Part shown: one piece after another, positions 1-8,709 of the stretch | How the letters are laid out: every line of letters starts with the position of its first letter | Position numbering within the stretch: position 1 is the first letter of the stretch | Assembly (NCBI GenBank): GCA_965224245.1 | Contig: OZ245046.1 | Location: 5,664,001-5,728,000, forward strand | Reading direction: 5' to 3' | DNA from: Candidatus Eiseniibacteriota bacterium | GTDB lineage: Bacteria > Eisenbacteria > RBG-16-71-46 > CAZAMP01 | DNA: 64,000 nucleotides | Notes under the pieces: model-generated | Told to the model about the DNA's origin: nothing | Database searches by the model: none | Seen by the model: only the letters and a program-made list of their open reading frames with translations | Translations under genes and position numbers: made by a program

Positions 1-2
1 CG

Positions 3-308
3 GTGTCGAACTCCGGCCCGAAGGTCTTCGGCGATCCGGCGTCGGGATCCACGGTCGCGGCGGCGTTCGCGTCGGATCCGAGTGCGGCGGCGAAGGACGT
101 GGACGAGGAGCCGATCTTCACCGCGTCGCTCGACGACGTCACGTCCAGCGTCCAGGTGCTCGACGGTCCGCGGATCTCGAACCGGGGCGGCATCGGCTCG
201 CCGAACAACGGCCTCCTGGTGGACACGACGTACGCCATCGGCCCGCAGTTCTACACGCCGGTCGCGAGCTTCGACGCCACGGTGACGTTCACGCTGGCCA
301 CCCCCTAG
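3..308 (+). CDS. Putative pilin/fimbrial-like subunit A (3' part; runs off the left edge of the window)
   Basis: Open from the window edge. Shares DPSxxAKxxDxEPxF and A[IV]GPQ[FY][YF]TP motifs with the next ORF and ends in an alternating beta-strand (FDATVTFTLATP). Confidence 0.6.
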   Translation: MSNSGPKVFGDPASGSTVAAAFASDPSAAAKDVDEEPIFTASLDDVTSSVQVLDGPRISNRGGIGSPNNGLLVDTTYAIGPQFYTPVASFDATVTFTLATP

Positions 309-312
309 CGCG

Positions 313-1095
313 ATGTCTCGACAGGTCCCTCCCAGGGGCGCGCGCGGCGCGCCCCCGCGATCGAGGCATCCGATCGCCGACGGTTCCCATCCGAGGAGCC
401 CCGGACCGCGCACGTCGCGGGGCCGGGGCCTCGTGCGTTTCGGCGCCGTCGTGCGCCGGGCGCTCTGGTGCACGGCGATGCTCGGGCTCTGGGGCACGAG
501 CGTCGCGGTCGCGGAGCTGGGCCCGGTCCTCGTGCTGCCCGAGCCTCCCGGTCCTCCCCCCAAGCCCCCGGCCGGCTTCGACGGCGAGATCGTCGTGCTG
601 CCCGATGACCTCGCCGAGACCGGGACCGCTCGGATCCCGCTCGGCACCGTCGAGCTGGGAGAGCTGACGCCGGGTGTCGGCGTGCCGTGGGTGCGCGAGG
701 AGACCACGATCGCGATCTACTCGCCGTTCGGGTACTTCCCCCGCTACCGGCTCACGGCCCGGTCGCTGACGCCGGCCGGAGGGCCCGTCGGCGCGTTCAC
801 GACGGCCGACATCGGCATGGGGATCACCGATCCGGTGGGGCGGGCGCCGCGGATCAACCCCGACTACGACTACGACCCGTCGACCGTGGCCAAGAACGCC
901 GACGACGAGCCGCTGTTCGTCGGCACGGTCCAGTCACTGGGTCCGTTCATTCCCGGCACCGAGATTCTCCGGATGCGCGGCTTCTACTGGGGCTCGTGGA
1001 ACTACTTCACGCTCATCTTCGCCGTCGGGCCGCAGTACTTCACCCCCGGACCCTCGCAGGTGGTCCAGCTGGAACTGGAGCTGATCCTCCTATGA
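313..1095 (+). CDS. Putative pilin/fimbrial-like subunit B, secreted (true start probably GTG 433 or ATG 478)
   Basis: Signal-peptide-like stretch (VRRALWCTAMLGLWGTSVAVA), Pro-rich linker, C-terminal half paralogous to the preceding ORF, terminal beta-strand VQLELELILL. Stop overlaps the next start (ATGA 1092-1095). Confidence 0.6.
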   Translation: MSRQVPPRGARGAPPRSRHPIADGSHPRSPGPRTSRGRGLVRFGAVVRRALWCTAMLGLWGTSVAVAELGPVLVLPEPPGPPPKPPAGFDGEIVVLPDDLAETGTARIPLGTVELGELTPGVGVPWVREETTIAIYSPFGYFPRYRLTARSLTPAGGPVGAFTTADIGMGITDPVGRAPRINPDYDYDPSTVAKNADDEPLFVGTVQSLGPFIPGTEILRMRGFYWGSWNYFTLIFAVGPQYFTPGPSQVVQLELELILL

Positions 1096-1964
1096 CGATC
1101 CCGACCCGTTTCGCGAGCGCCGTGGCGCTCGCCCTGGTGACGACCTCGGTCGCCGTCCCCGCCGCCCGGGCCGGCGACGTGTCGATCATCCCGAGCCTCG
1201 TCGAGGTGCGGGTTCCGCCGGGCGAGGACTTCACGACGCTCGTGGAGATCGTGTACGCCAAGAGCAACGACCAAGACGACATGCCGCTTCGCATCGTCCT
1301 GTCCACCGAGGACTGGGACATGAACGCCGAGGGACGGCTCTCATATGCAGTGCCCGACAGCCTCCCGGAATCGGCCGCGTCGTGGGTCGTCTTCTCGCCG
1401 AGCGAGGCCGAGATCGTCCCCGGACAGATCATGCATGCGCGCATGTCGGTCATCGTGCCCGAGGACGCGCGGGGCGGCGAGTATCGCGCCGCGCTGATCG
1501 CCCAGCCGAGGCCGGCGTATCGGCCGCTCGAAGAGAATCAGAAGCGTCTCCAGTTTCGCTACCGCCTCGCGTCCACGATCTACGTGAGCGTGCCGCCGAT
1601 CGAGCACGAGCTGGATCTGGTCGGTCTGGACGTGGTCGCCGATCGCGGGCGGTGGGCGGTGGTTCCGTCCTTACGGAACGACGGCGGAGAGCACGCCCGT
1701 ATCGTCGACTCGTTCGAGGTGCTGCCGATCGAGAACCCGCTCCTGGGGAGCGCATACGTGAAGCAGACCGAGGAGGCGGGGGTCGTGCTGCCGGGACGAC
1801 TGCGCCGACTCCGACACTGGCTGCCGGAGTACCTCGAGCCCGGTGCCTACCGCATCGTGTACGAGGCCGACGCGGGAGATCCCTACCCCCTGATGGTGGG
1901 GGAGAGCACGTTCGAGATCCCGGGTCCCGACGACGTCCCGACGGTCGTCGCCACCCGGGACTGA
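1092..1964 (+). CDS. PapD-like/fimbrial chaperone-like periplasmic protein
   Basis: Signal peptide (MTIPTRFASAVALALV...ARA), then VSIIPSLVEV, WVVFSPSEAEIVPGQ, VPEDARGGEYRAAL, RLASTIYV, and a second Ig-like domain (LRNDGGEH...VVLPG...LEPGAY). Translationally coupled to the upstream gene. Confidence 0.65.
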   Translation: MTIPTRFASAVALALVTTSVAVPAARAGDVSIIPSLVEVRVPPGEDFTTLVEIVYAKSNDQDDMPLRIVLSTEDWDMNAEGRLSYAVPDSLPESAASWVVFSPSEAEIVPGQIMHARMSVIVPEDARGGEYRAALIAQPRPAYRPLEENQKRLQFRYRLASTIYVSVPPIEHELDLVGLDVVADRGRWAVVPSLRNDGGEHARIVDSFEVLPIENPLLGSAYVKQTEEAGVVLPGRLRRLRHWLPEYLEPGAYRIVYEADAGDPYPLMVGESTFEIPGPDDVPTVVATRD

Positions 1965-2010
1965 CGGTGGTGTGCCGCCGCGATCCGATCCGACCGGTGC
2001 GGCGGGCACG

Positions 2011-3594
2011 CTAGTCCGGATCCGCCGAGCGCGCGGAGAAGGCGAGCGCGGCCGCCGTCCAGACGAACGGCAGCAGCGGCATCACGTAGCGCCTGAGAAC
2101 GAGATGACTCCAGGCAACCGCGAATCCACAGGCGATCGCGAACGCGAAGATCAGGATCGCGATCCGGCGCGCCCGCCGCGCGTCCGGGCCCGCCGGACGC
2201 GTGAACGCGGCGCACAGGATGACCGCGGCGACCGCCCAGCTCACCATGGCCCACGGGGCGTAGAGCTTCCGGAGAGCGGCCATCGGGTCGCCGTGGCGCG
2301 GCGTCCACTCGGTGGTGTGCTGTCCGGGCCAGAAGGCGGTGATGGAGCCGTCCGGATGCTCGCGGTACGTGTACCGGCCGTGCGCCACGGGAGAGGTCGG
2401 TACGAAGACCCGTGCGAAGCTCGGCAGCACGAACGTCCGCAGATACGTTCCCAGGTTCTGCGCGATCCACTCGTGCGTGAACGACCGGAAGAGCTCGTTC
2501 ACGAGAATGAACGCGTTTCGGTACTGCAGCGCGAACGCGGGGAGAGCCGGGTTCGTCCGGTTCCGGTGCTCGACGAAGTACCGCTGAGCCGGCGTCGTCG
2601 GTACCTTCGCCTCGCGGATGAAGCCCGTCAGGAACCGACGATAAGGCTCCACGTCCTTCGGTTCGGGCTCGTAGCGGGGCCAGAAGGCTCGCAGCAACCG
2701 TTTCGCGGGTGATCTGCGATTCCAGCGATGCCAGTTCGAGTCGTGGTCGGGTCGGATCGACGATGGGTACGCGGTGAGGAACTCGGCGACCAGACGGGCC
2801 TCTGGGTCGAGGAAGTCTTCGGGGGCCAGCTCGTCGAGGTGAGGCGCAATGTTGCCGTAGAGGGCCCAGCCGTCGAACGTGGTCGGGCGAAAGCGTCCGA
2901 GGCTCCAGTCCACGTGCGCGCTGATCGCCAGGATGCTGGCCGAGGACACGAGCACGACCATGCCGGCACGACGGGCACGGCTCGCATGCGACGGCGCACG
3001 CCACACCACGGTGGCGGCCAGCAACGCCGGATTGGCGAGGCCCACGAACCGGAGGAACATCGTCGACACCGACAGCGCGAGCGCGCCGGCGAACCACCGT
3101 CTCGTCGGGGAGTCGACGTACGCGAGAATCGTGGCCAGGAAGCCGATCGTCTGCGCCGTATAGACGGTATCGGCGATCAGGAAGTGATCGAGGTACCACG
3201 CGTGGGGATCGAACGCGATCAGCGCTCCGGCCGCAACCGCGACCTCCCGGCGAACGCGCTGGTGGCGGTGAAGCACCCACGTCAGTCCGAGCGACGCGAT
3301 CAGCCGAAGCAGAGCGGCCAGCACGACCGACACCGTCGGCGTCGGCGAGAACACGCGGGTGGCGGCCAGGTATAGCGAGTAGCCGATCGGCTTGTACGGG
3401 TTCGCCTTCAACGACTCGGCCGACAACACGTACTCCTCGCTGTCGCCGACGAGATAGGGATGAGGGTACAGGTAGACCTGGAGGAGCTTGAGCAGCACGA
3501 ACGCCACCGTCATCCAGACGAGCGGGGTGACGAGCGAGCCGGCGGGGCTGCCTGACGATCGCTCGCCTCGACGGGAGTGTCCGGCGCTCGTCAT
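2011..3594 (-). CDS. Polytopic membrane protein, probable GT-C fold glycosyltransferase
   Basis: Many TM helices; acidic first loop (GDSEEY) and YKPIGYSLYLA motif typical of PMT/ArnT-like enzymes; large extracytoplasmic loop; C-terminal RRYVMPLLP. Confidence 0.6.
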   Translation of the reverse strand: MTSAGHSRRGERSSGSPAGSLVTPLVWMTVAFVLLKLLQVYLYPHPYLVGDSEEYVLSAESLKANPYKPIGYSLYLAATRVFSPTPTVSVVLAALLRLIASLGLTWVLHRHQRVRREVAVAAGALIAFDPHAWYLDHFLIADTVYTAQTIGFLATILAYVDSPTRRWFAGALALSVSTMFLRFVGLANPALLAATVVWRAPSHASRARRAGMVVLVSSASILAISAHVDWSLGRFRPTTFDGWALYGNIAPHLDELAPEDFLDPEARLVAEFLTAYPSSIRPDHDSNWHRWNRRSPAKRLLRAFWPRYEPEPKDVEPYRRFLTGFIREAKVPTTPAQRYFVEHRNRTNPALPAFALQYRNAFILVNELFRSFTHEWIAQNLGTYLRTFVLPSFARVFVPTSPVAHGRYTYREHPDGSITAFWPGQHTTEWTPRHGDPMAALRKLYAPWAMVSWAVAAVILCAAFTRPAGPDARRARRIAILIFAFAIACGFAVAWSHLVLRRYVMPLLPFVWTAAALAFSARSADPD

Positions 3595-3852
3595 CGCGCA
3601 CCACGCGGTGCGCCGTCCGCCGCGGCGCGCGAGCGTCTGTCCCGGTCGTCGACGACGTCGTCGATCCAGGCGAGCGCGGGCATCGAGCGGGCCATGGGAC
3701 GTCCCCTGGTGAGTCACGGTGAATGAATGATGGGGGGATCGTGCGAGCTTACCCTGCGAGGCCGTCGAAGGGAACCCGTGGCCCGGTTCACGGCGTGGAT
3801 ACGATGCTCGGAATACGAGCATCGTATCCGGGGACCATCCTGGTGGTGCCGA

Positions 3853-4083
3853 CTAGCCCAGCACCTCGACCAGCGCCTTCCGATGATGCTTGCTGCCCAC
3901 GGCGGCGACGATCGTCCGGAGCGCTTCGAGGTTCCGGCCGTGCTTGCCGATGATCAGCCCCATGTCTTCCTTGGCCACCGACAGCTCGTAGATGGTCAGC
4001 GATTGACTCGAGATCTCACGCACGGAGACGCTGTCGGAGTTGTCGACGAGCTCGCGGGCCATGTTCTCGATCAGAGACTTCAT
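3853..4083 (-). CDS. khpA: KH domain RNA-binding protein KhpA (76 aa)
   Basis: MKSLIENMARELVDNSDSV...YELSVAKEDMGLIIGKHGRNLEALRTIV: classic KhpA/YlqC with the IIGKxG KH loop. Confidence 0.9.
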   Translation of the reverse strand: MKSLIENMARELVDNSDSVSVREISSQSLTIYELSVAKEDMGLIIGKHGRNLEALRTIVAAVGSKHHRKALVEVLG

Positions 4084-4433
4084 GAGTCGCGTCCTTTTGC
4101 CGGGACGACGGGACGTCATCCTCGATTGCAGTGTCGGGTACGTGTCGGTTCGCGGCTCGTCGTGGCACGTGTGCGACGACGAGCGTGTCACGCATGCGGA
4201 AGGCGACCGGGAGCCGGAGGATTCCGCGTCGACCAGCAGTCGCGAACCGGTCTCCGGATCGGAATCGCGCGCCCGCGCGTCACACGGATCTTGATCGACC
4301 GACCCCCGCACGATGTTTCGCGAAAAGGGAACGTGCTCGGGACGGCCGGCCGCTCCGGAACCGGGGTCAGCCGTCGAGCCGTCCGCCTTCTGGCGATCGA
4401 CTGCTCGATCGGGCGCGAGGCCTCGGGGGCGCG

Positions 4434-6890
4434 CTAGAACCGTTTCCGGACGACCGCGCGGGGCCGTGGCACCACCCCGACCTGGATCCCCGTGACGTCG
4501 CGAGTCACCGGCACGTCCACCTGCATCGTGGCCGGCGCGATCAGCTCGCCGGGGAGCGACGCCGGCGCGATCTGGAGGGCGTGCCGTCCCGGGGGCACGT
4601 CTCCGAGCCGGAACGAGCCGTCCGGGCTCGAGAGCGTGTTGGAGCCCCCCGCGATGAACACGAGCGCATCGGACACGACCGGCTCGTCGGTGTCGTGCCG
4701 GTCGTTTCCGTTCACGTCGACGAACACGATGCCGGTCACGCGGCGGTTCACGCACGCGCGGAAGTCGATCCGTGCCCGGGTCAGGGGCCCGATCGTCACG
4801 TCGCCCGACAGTGCGCCGAGCACCGAGAGGTCCGCCCGCAGCGTGGTCGCCTCCACGGTCACGTGGTGGCGGCCCGGGGCGAGCGACTCGAACGCGTATC
4901 GTCCCTCGCGGTCGGTCTCACGCCGGTCCATGCCGCGATCCAGCGTGACCACGATGCCGCGCAGCGGCCGCTCGCCCTCGTCGTAGCGCCCGTTCAGGTT
5001 CGTGTCGACGTAGATGCGACCTTCGATCGCGACCGGTCGGTTGCGGCCGGCGGCATCGTCCATGCCCGCGTGCCGGAGCCGATCCTCGTCCAGCACGAAG
5101 CGTCCGCGCCAGTCCGCGCGCGTGAGATGTCCGACCTGCTGCTGATCCACGGCGATGCTGGCCCCGTGATCGCCCGAGGCGTAGCCGATGCGGATGCGCG
5201 CGGTGAAGCCTCGCTGCTCGTCCACGAATGTGCGCGTCCATCGGCCGCCGACGGTCATCGAGAGGCCCCCGAGCATGCGGACCGGTGGCGACCAGTCTGC
5301 CGACGCTCCGGCGAAGCGATGATCGCTCCACGACGTCGCGAGCTGAGCTCGACCGGCGCGGGTGTCGACGAGGAGACCGGCGGAGGCGAAGAACGCATCG
5401 GAGCCGCTCAGCCGTCGTCGCATCGATCCGTACCACTTGCCGATCGGCAGCCGTCCCCGGAGGTCCAGCGAGAGGTCGGTACGTGTCGAGGTTCGGCCGA
5501 GATCGGCGATCGACAGCGTGGCGACCGCGGACTGGAGCGCCGGATGTGACGGGGTCCACGCGGTCGCCGCATCGTAGAGCCGGTCCGTCGACCGGAGGAC
5601 CGGGTCGTAGTGCAGCGAGTGCGACGCGCCCAGCGACACGCGCTCGGACAGGCGGCGGTTCGCACCCAGCGTGTAGAACGACGAGCCGTCCTCGGCGAAC
5701 ACCGACGCGCGCTGGAACGCGGTGCCGAAGTGCCCCGCGCGCACGCGGAGCGCCGTGTCGTCCTCCGGTGACCACTGCGCGTGGAGCTCGATCGCCTCGC
5801 GATCGGCGAGGTCGTGTCCGGGGCTGACGAACGCGCCGCCCTCCACGCGGGTCAGCCATCGCTCTCGCCGCGCCTCGTGACGCACGCCGACGAGCATGCC
5901 CTCGCGCCGGGACGCCCCGCGTCCGATCCAGGACGCCCCGACATCGAGGGCGTCGGCCGCCGTCGGCTCGTCTCGCAGGCGCCAGCCCATCGACACCGTA
6001 CCCACGTGCTCGTCGAAGCGAGGTCCCACGAAGTTGCTCCGGGCGCCGGTGAATCCGGACGAGAGCTGCACGTAGCTGGCCGACAGCCGCCGGGCGCCGC
6101 CGTTCAGCTCCAGATCGGCGCCGATGCCACGGCCGTGCGCGCGTAGCCACGACATGCGCGTGTCTCCGCGGAGGTCGCCCAGCATCACCCGACTCCCGGC
6201 TCCGGAATCGAGCTGGGTCAGGAAGGTGTTCAGATGAGCATGCTGTGCATCGGTGTACCGCCCGTCCAGCCGCGTCGACAGGAGCCCCGTCCGGACGCGG
6301 GTCCGGTTCTCGAGCGTGAGCGCGCCGTTGACCACGTCGCCGCGCTCGACCGCGTTGCCGTGGTAGCGGACCTCCTGCACGCCGATGGCCGGAAGCTCCG
6401 CGCGGAGCTGCTCGGGATCCAGCGGATTGGACGTGACGATGAGGGCGTCGGTCAGCGCATCGACCCGGATCGTTACCCCGAAGAGGATCGATGCCAGCTC
6501 GATCGGGACCCGGAGATCGCCCTCGTGCGTGCCGACCGGCAGCCCGGGCGCCAGACGGCTGCCGATGGCGAAGTCCCGGCTGACCTCGCCGGTCAGCCCG
6601 TCGTAGTACGCGGTCACCCCCTGCGACGGGATCGACACCGAAACCGATCGCGAGTAGCTCTCGAACACGACGGTGGCGCCCAGCGTCTGGGCGATCGGAC
6701 GCGTGGGCACCAGCCAGACGTCACCCCGCCGCTCGGGCGCATGTCCCGGGGTCACGATCGTCTCGCCGTCGATCACGAGGCCGGGAACGGTCTCGGCCCG
6801 CACGATCGGTGCGCTCCAGGCGAGCGCCATCAGCGCGAGAATCGCGACCACGCCGCGCGTGTTCCGGCCCGGGCTCGTGTCGATCCGCAT
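4434..6890 (-). CDS. Large outer-membrane protein, non-canonical usher-like (N-terminal stalk domain, central beta-barrel-like region, two C-terminal SdrD-B/carboxypeptidase-regulatory-like domains)
   Basis: Signal peptide; N-domain LVPTRPIAQTLGATV / LRVPIE (copper-amine-oxidase-N-like); amphipathic beta-strand-rich middle; two repeats GRIYVDTNLNGRYDEGE...GRYAF..L.PG.H and GIVFVDVNGNDRHDTDE...GSFRL..VPPGRH. Confidence 0.6.
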   Translation of the reverse strand: MRIDTSPGRNTRGVVAILALMALAWSAPIVRAETVPGLVIDGETIVTPGHAPERRGDVWLVPTRPIAQTLGATVVFESYSRSVSVSIPSQGVTAYYDGLTGEVSRDFAIGSRLAPGLPVGTHEGDLRVPIELASILFGVTIRVDALTDALIVTSNPLDPEQLRAELPAIGVQEVRYHGNAVERGDVVNGALTLENRTRVRTGLLSTRLDGRYTDAQHAHLNTFLTQLDSGAGSRVMLGDLRGDTRMSWLRAHGRGIGADLELNGGARRLSASYVQLSSGFTGARSNFVGPRFDEHVGTVSMGWRLRDEPTAADALDVGASWIGRGASRREGMLVGVRHEARRERWLTRVEGGAFVSPGHDLADREAIELHAQWSPEDDTALRVRAGHFGTAFQRASVFAEDGSSFYTLGANRRLSERVSLGASHSLHYDPVLRSTDRLYDAATAWTPSHPALQSAVATLSIADLGRTSTRTDLSLDLRGRLPIGKWYGSMRRRLSGSDAFFASAGLLVDTRAGRAQLATSWSDHRFAGASADWSPPVRMLGGLSMTVGGRWTRTFVDEQRGFTARIRIGYASGDHGASIAVDQQQVGHLTRADWRGRFVLDEDRLRHAGMDDAAGRNRPVAIEGRIYVDTNLNGRYDEGERPLRGIVVTLDRGMDRRETDREGRYAFESLAPGRHHVTVEATTLRADLSVLGALSGDVTIGPLTRARIDFRACVNRRVTGIVFVDVNGNDRHDTDEPVVSDALVFIAGGSNTLSSPDGSFRLGDVPPGRHALQIAPASLPGELIAPATMQVDVPVTRDVTGIQVGVVPRPRAVVRKRF

Positions 6891-7201
6891 CGTGCGGTGG
6901 ATCCCCCTCGTGGGCGTTTCCGGAGGCGAACACGCCGGAACGTGCCGCGCGCGGGCGTTTCACGTTCCATGGGCCGCGCCGCACCGGGGCGCGGACGGTA
7001 ACGGAGCTCGGCTCGTGGGCAAGAGCGAGGCCGCCGACGCGGCGAGGGCGATCACGTGACATGGAGCTGCACGGTCGTAACGATCGGGCCGGCGCGGCGC
7101 CATCTTTAAGCATTTGCAACGTCCTAGGGCGCTGTCAGAATACGCGGTGACCAGAACCAGGTTCGCATTCGTGACGCACTCGCGCCGCCACAGGAGGTCA
7201 C

Positions 7202-8635
7202 GTGGCCACACGCAAAGCCAGGGCCGAAGATCTGAACTTCAAGAACGTCGTCGACCGGCAGTTCGATCGCGCGACCCGATTCCTGAAGCTCCCGGAGGGT
7301 CTCGTCCAGTCGATCAAGGTCTGCAACAACGTGTACTACGTGCAGTTTCCCGTGAAGTTCGGTAAGCGGTACCAGATCTTCGAAGGATGGCGAGCCGAGC
7401 ACAGCCACCACAAGAAGCCGCTGAAGGGCGGCATCCGCTACTCGCGAATGGTGGAGCAGGACGAGGTCATCGCGCTCGCGGCGCTGATGACGTACAAGTG
7501 CGCCATCGCGAACGTCCCGTTCGGGGGCTCGAAGGGCGGGGTCAAGCTTCGACCCCGCGACTACACGCCCGACCAGCTGGAGAAGGTCACCCGTCGCTTC
7601 ACTGCCGAGCTGATCAACAAGCGTTTCATCGGCCCGGGGATCAACGTGCCGGCGCCCGACTACGGCACCGGCGAGCGAGAGATGGCGTGGATCGCCGACA
7701 CCTACGATGCGTTCCACGCCGGTGAGCTCGACAACATGGCCTGCGTCACCGGCAAGCCCGTGAGCCAGGGCGGAATCCGCGGACGCAGCGCGGCCACGGG
7801 GCGGGGCGTCGTGTTCGGGCTGCGAGAGTTCTTCCAGCACAAGAAGGACGTGGTCGCGGCCGGCCTCTCGGGCACGCTCGAGGGCAAGCGGGTCTCGGTC
7901 CAGGGCTTCGGCAACGTCGGGTTCCACGTGGCGAACATCCTCGCGCGAGAGGACGGCGCCAGGATCGTCGCCGTCGGCGAGTACGACGGCACGGCGTACG
8001 ATCCGGACGGTCTCGACCTCGCCAAGCTGGAGCGGCACTTCAGATCCAAGCGCTCCATCCGGGGTTTCCCCGGCGCCAAGACGCTGCCGACGGGGCTCGA
8101 CTGCCTGGAGGTGGACTGCGACGTGCTCGTGCCCGCCGCGCTCGAGCATCAGATCACCCTCGCCAACGCCAGGAAGGTCAAGGCCCGCGTGATCGCCGAG
8201 GCGGCCAACGGGCCCACGACGCCCGAGGCCGAAGCCCTCCTGATGAAGCGCGGGGTCTGGATCCTGCCCGACATCTACCTCAACGCGGGTGGGGTGACGG
8301 TCTCGTACTTCGAGTGGAGCAAGAACATCTCGCACATGCGTCTGGGCCGCATGGAGAAGCGACGCGACGAGGCGGTCTCGCGCCAGCAGGTGCAGGAGAT
8401 CGAGAAGCTCGTCGGGCGCAAGTTCCCGTCCGAGGTGCGTCGGAAGATGATGATCGGCGGCAACGAGGAGGATCTCGTCAACTCGGGGCTCGAGGAGACG
8501 ATGGTCACCGCGTACAACGAGATCCGCGACACGAGAAAGCGCCATCGCGGCGTCGAGGATCTCCGGACCGCCGCCTTCATCTGCGCGATCCAGAAGATCG
8601 CCGAGAGCTACCTGGCGCTCGGGATCTTCCCCTGA
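7202..8635 (+). CDS. gdhA: Glu/Leu/Phe/Val dehydrogenase (glutamate dehydrogenase)
   Basis: PLKGGIRYS, MTYKCA..VPFGGSKGGV, VPAPDYGT, VTGKP..GG, VQGFGNVG, EAANGP, NAGGVTVSYFEW. AGGAGG RBS before the GTG. Confidence 0.95.
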   Translation: MATRKARAEDLNFKNVVDRQFDRATRFLKLPEGLVQSIKVCNNVYYVQFPVKFGKRYQIFEGWRAEHSHHKKPLKGGIRYSRMVEQDEVIALAALMTYKCAIANVPFGGSKGGVKLRPRDYTPDQLEKVTRRFTAELINKRFIGPGINVPAPDYGTGEREMAWIADTYDAFHAGELDNMACVTGKPVSQGGIRGRSAATGRGVVFGLREFFQHKKDVVAAGLSGTLEGKRVSVQGFGNVGFHVANILAREDGARIVAVGEYDGTAYDPDGLDLAKLERHFRSKRSIRGFPGAKTLPTGLDCLEVDCDVLVPAALEHQITLANARKVKARVIAEAANGPTTPEAEALLMKRGVWILPDIYLNAGGVTVSYFEWSKNISHMRLGRMEKRRDEAVSRQQVQEIEKLVGRKFPSEVRRKMMIGGNEEDLVNSGLEETMVTAYNEIRDTRKRHRGVEDLRTAAFICAIQKIAESYLALGIFP

Positions 8636-8709
8636 TCGGGCCCTCGTGAGCGCGGTGCCCGCCCGCTCGCGGGCACCGACGGCCGGGGCGGTCGGCCGGG
8701 ACGGCGCGG

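Noticed and set aside
4084-4755. Long N-terminal extension of khpA in the ORF track (300 aa)
   Set aside because: It overlaps the end of the usher-like gene; similarity to KhpA covers only the last 76 aa.
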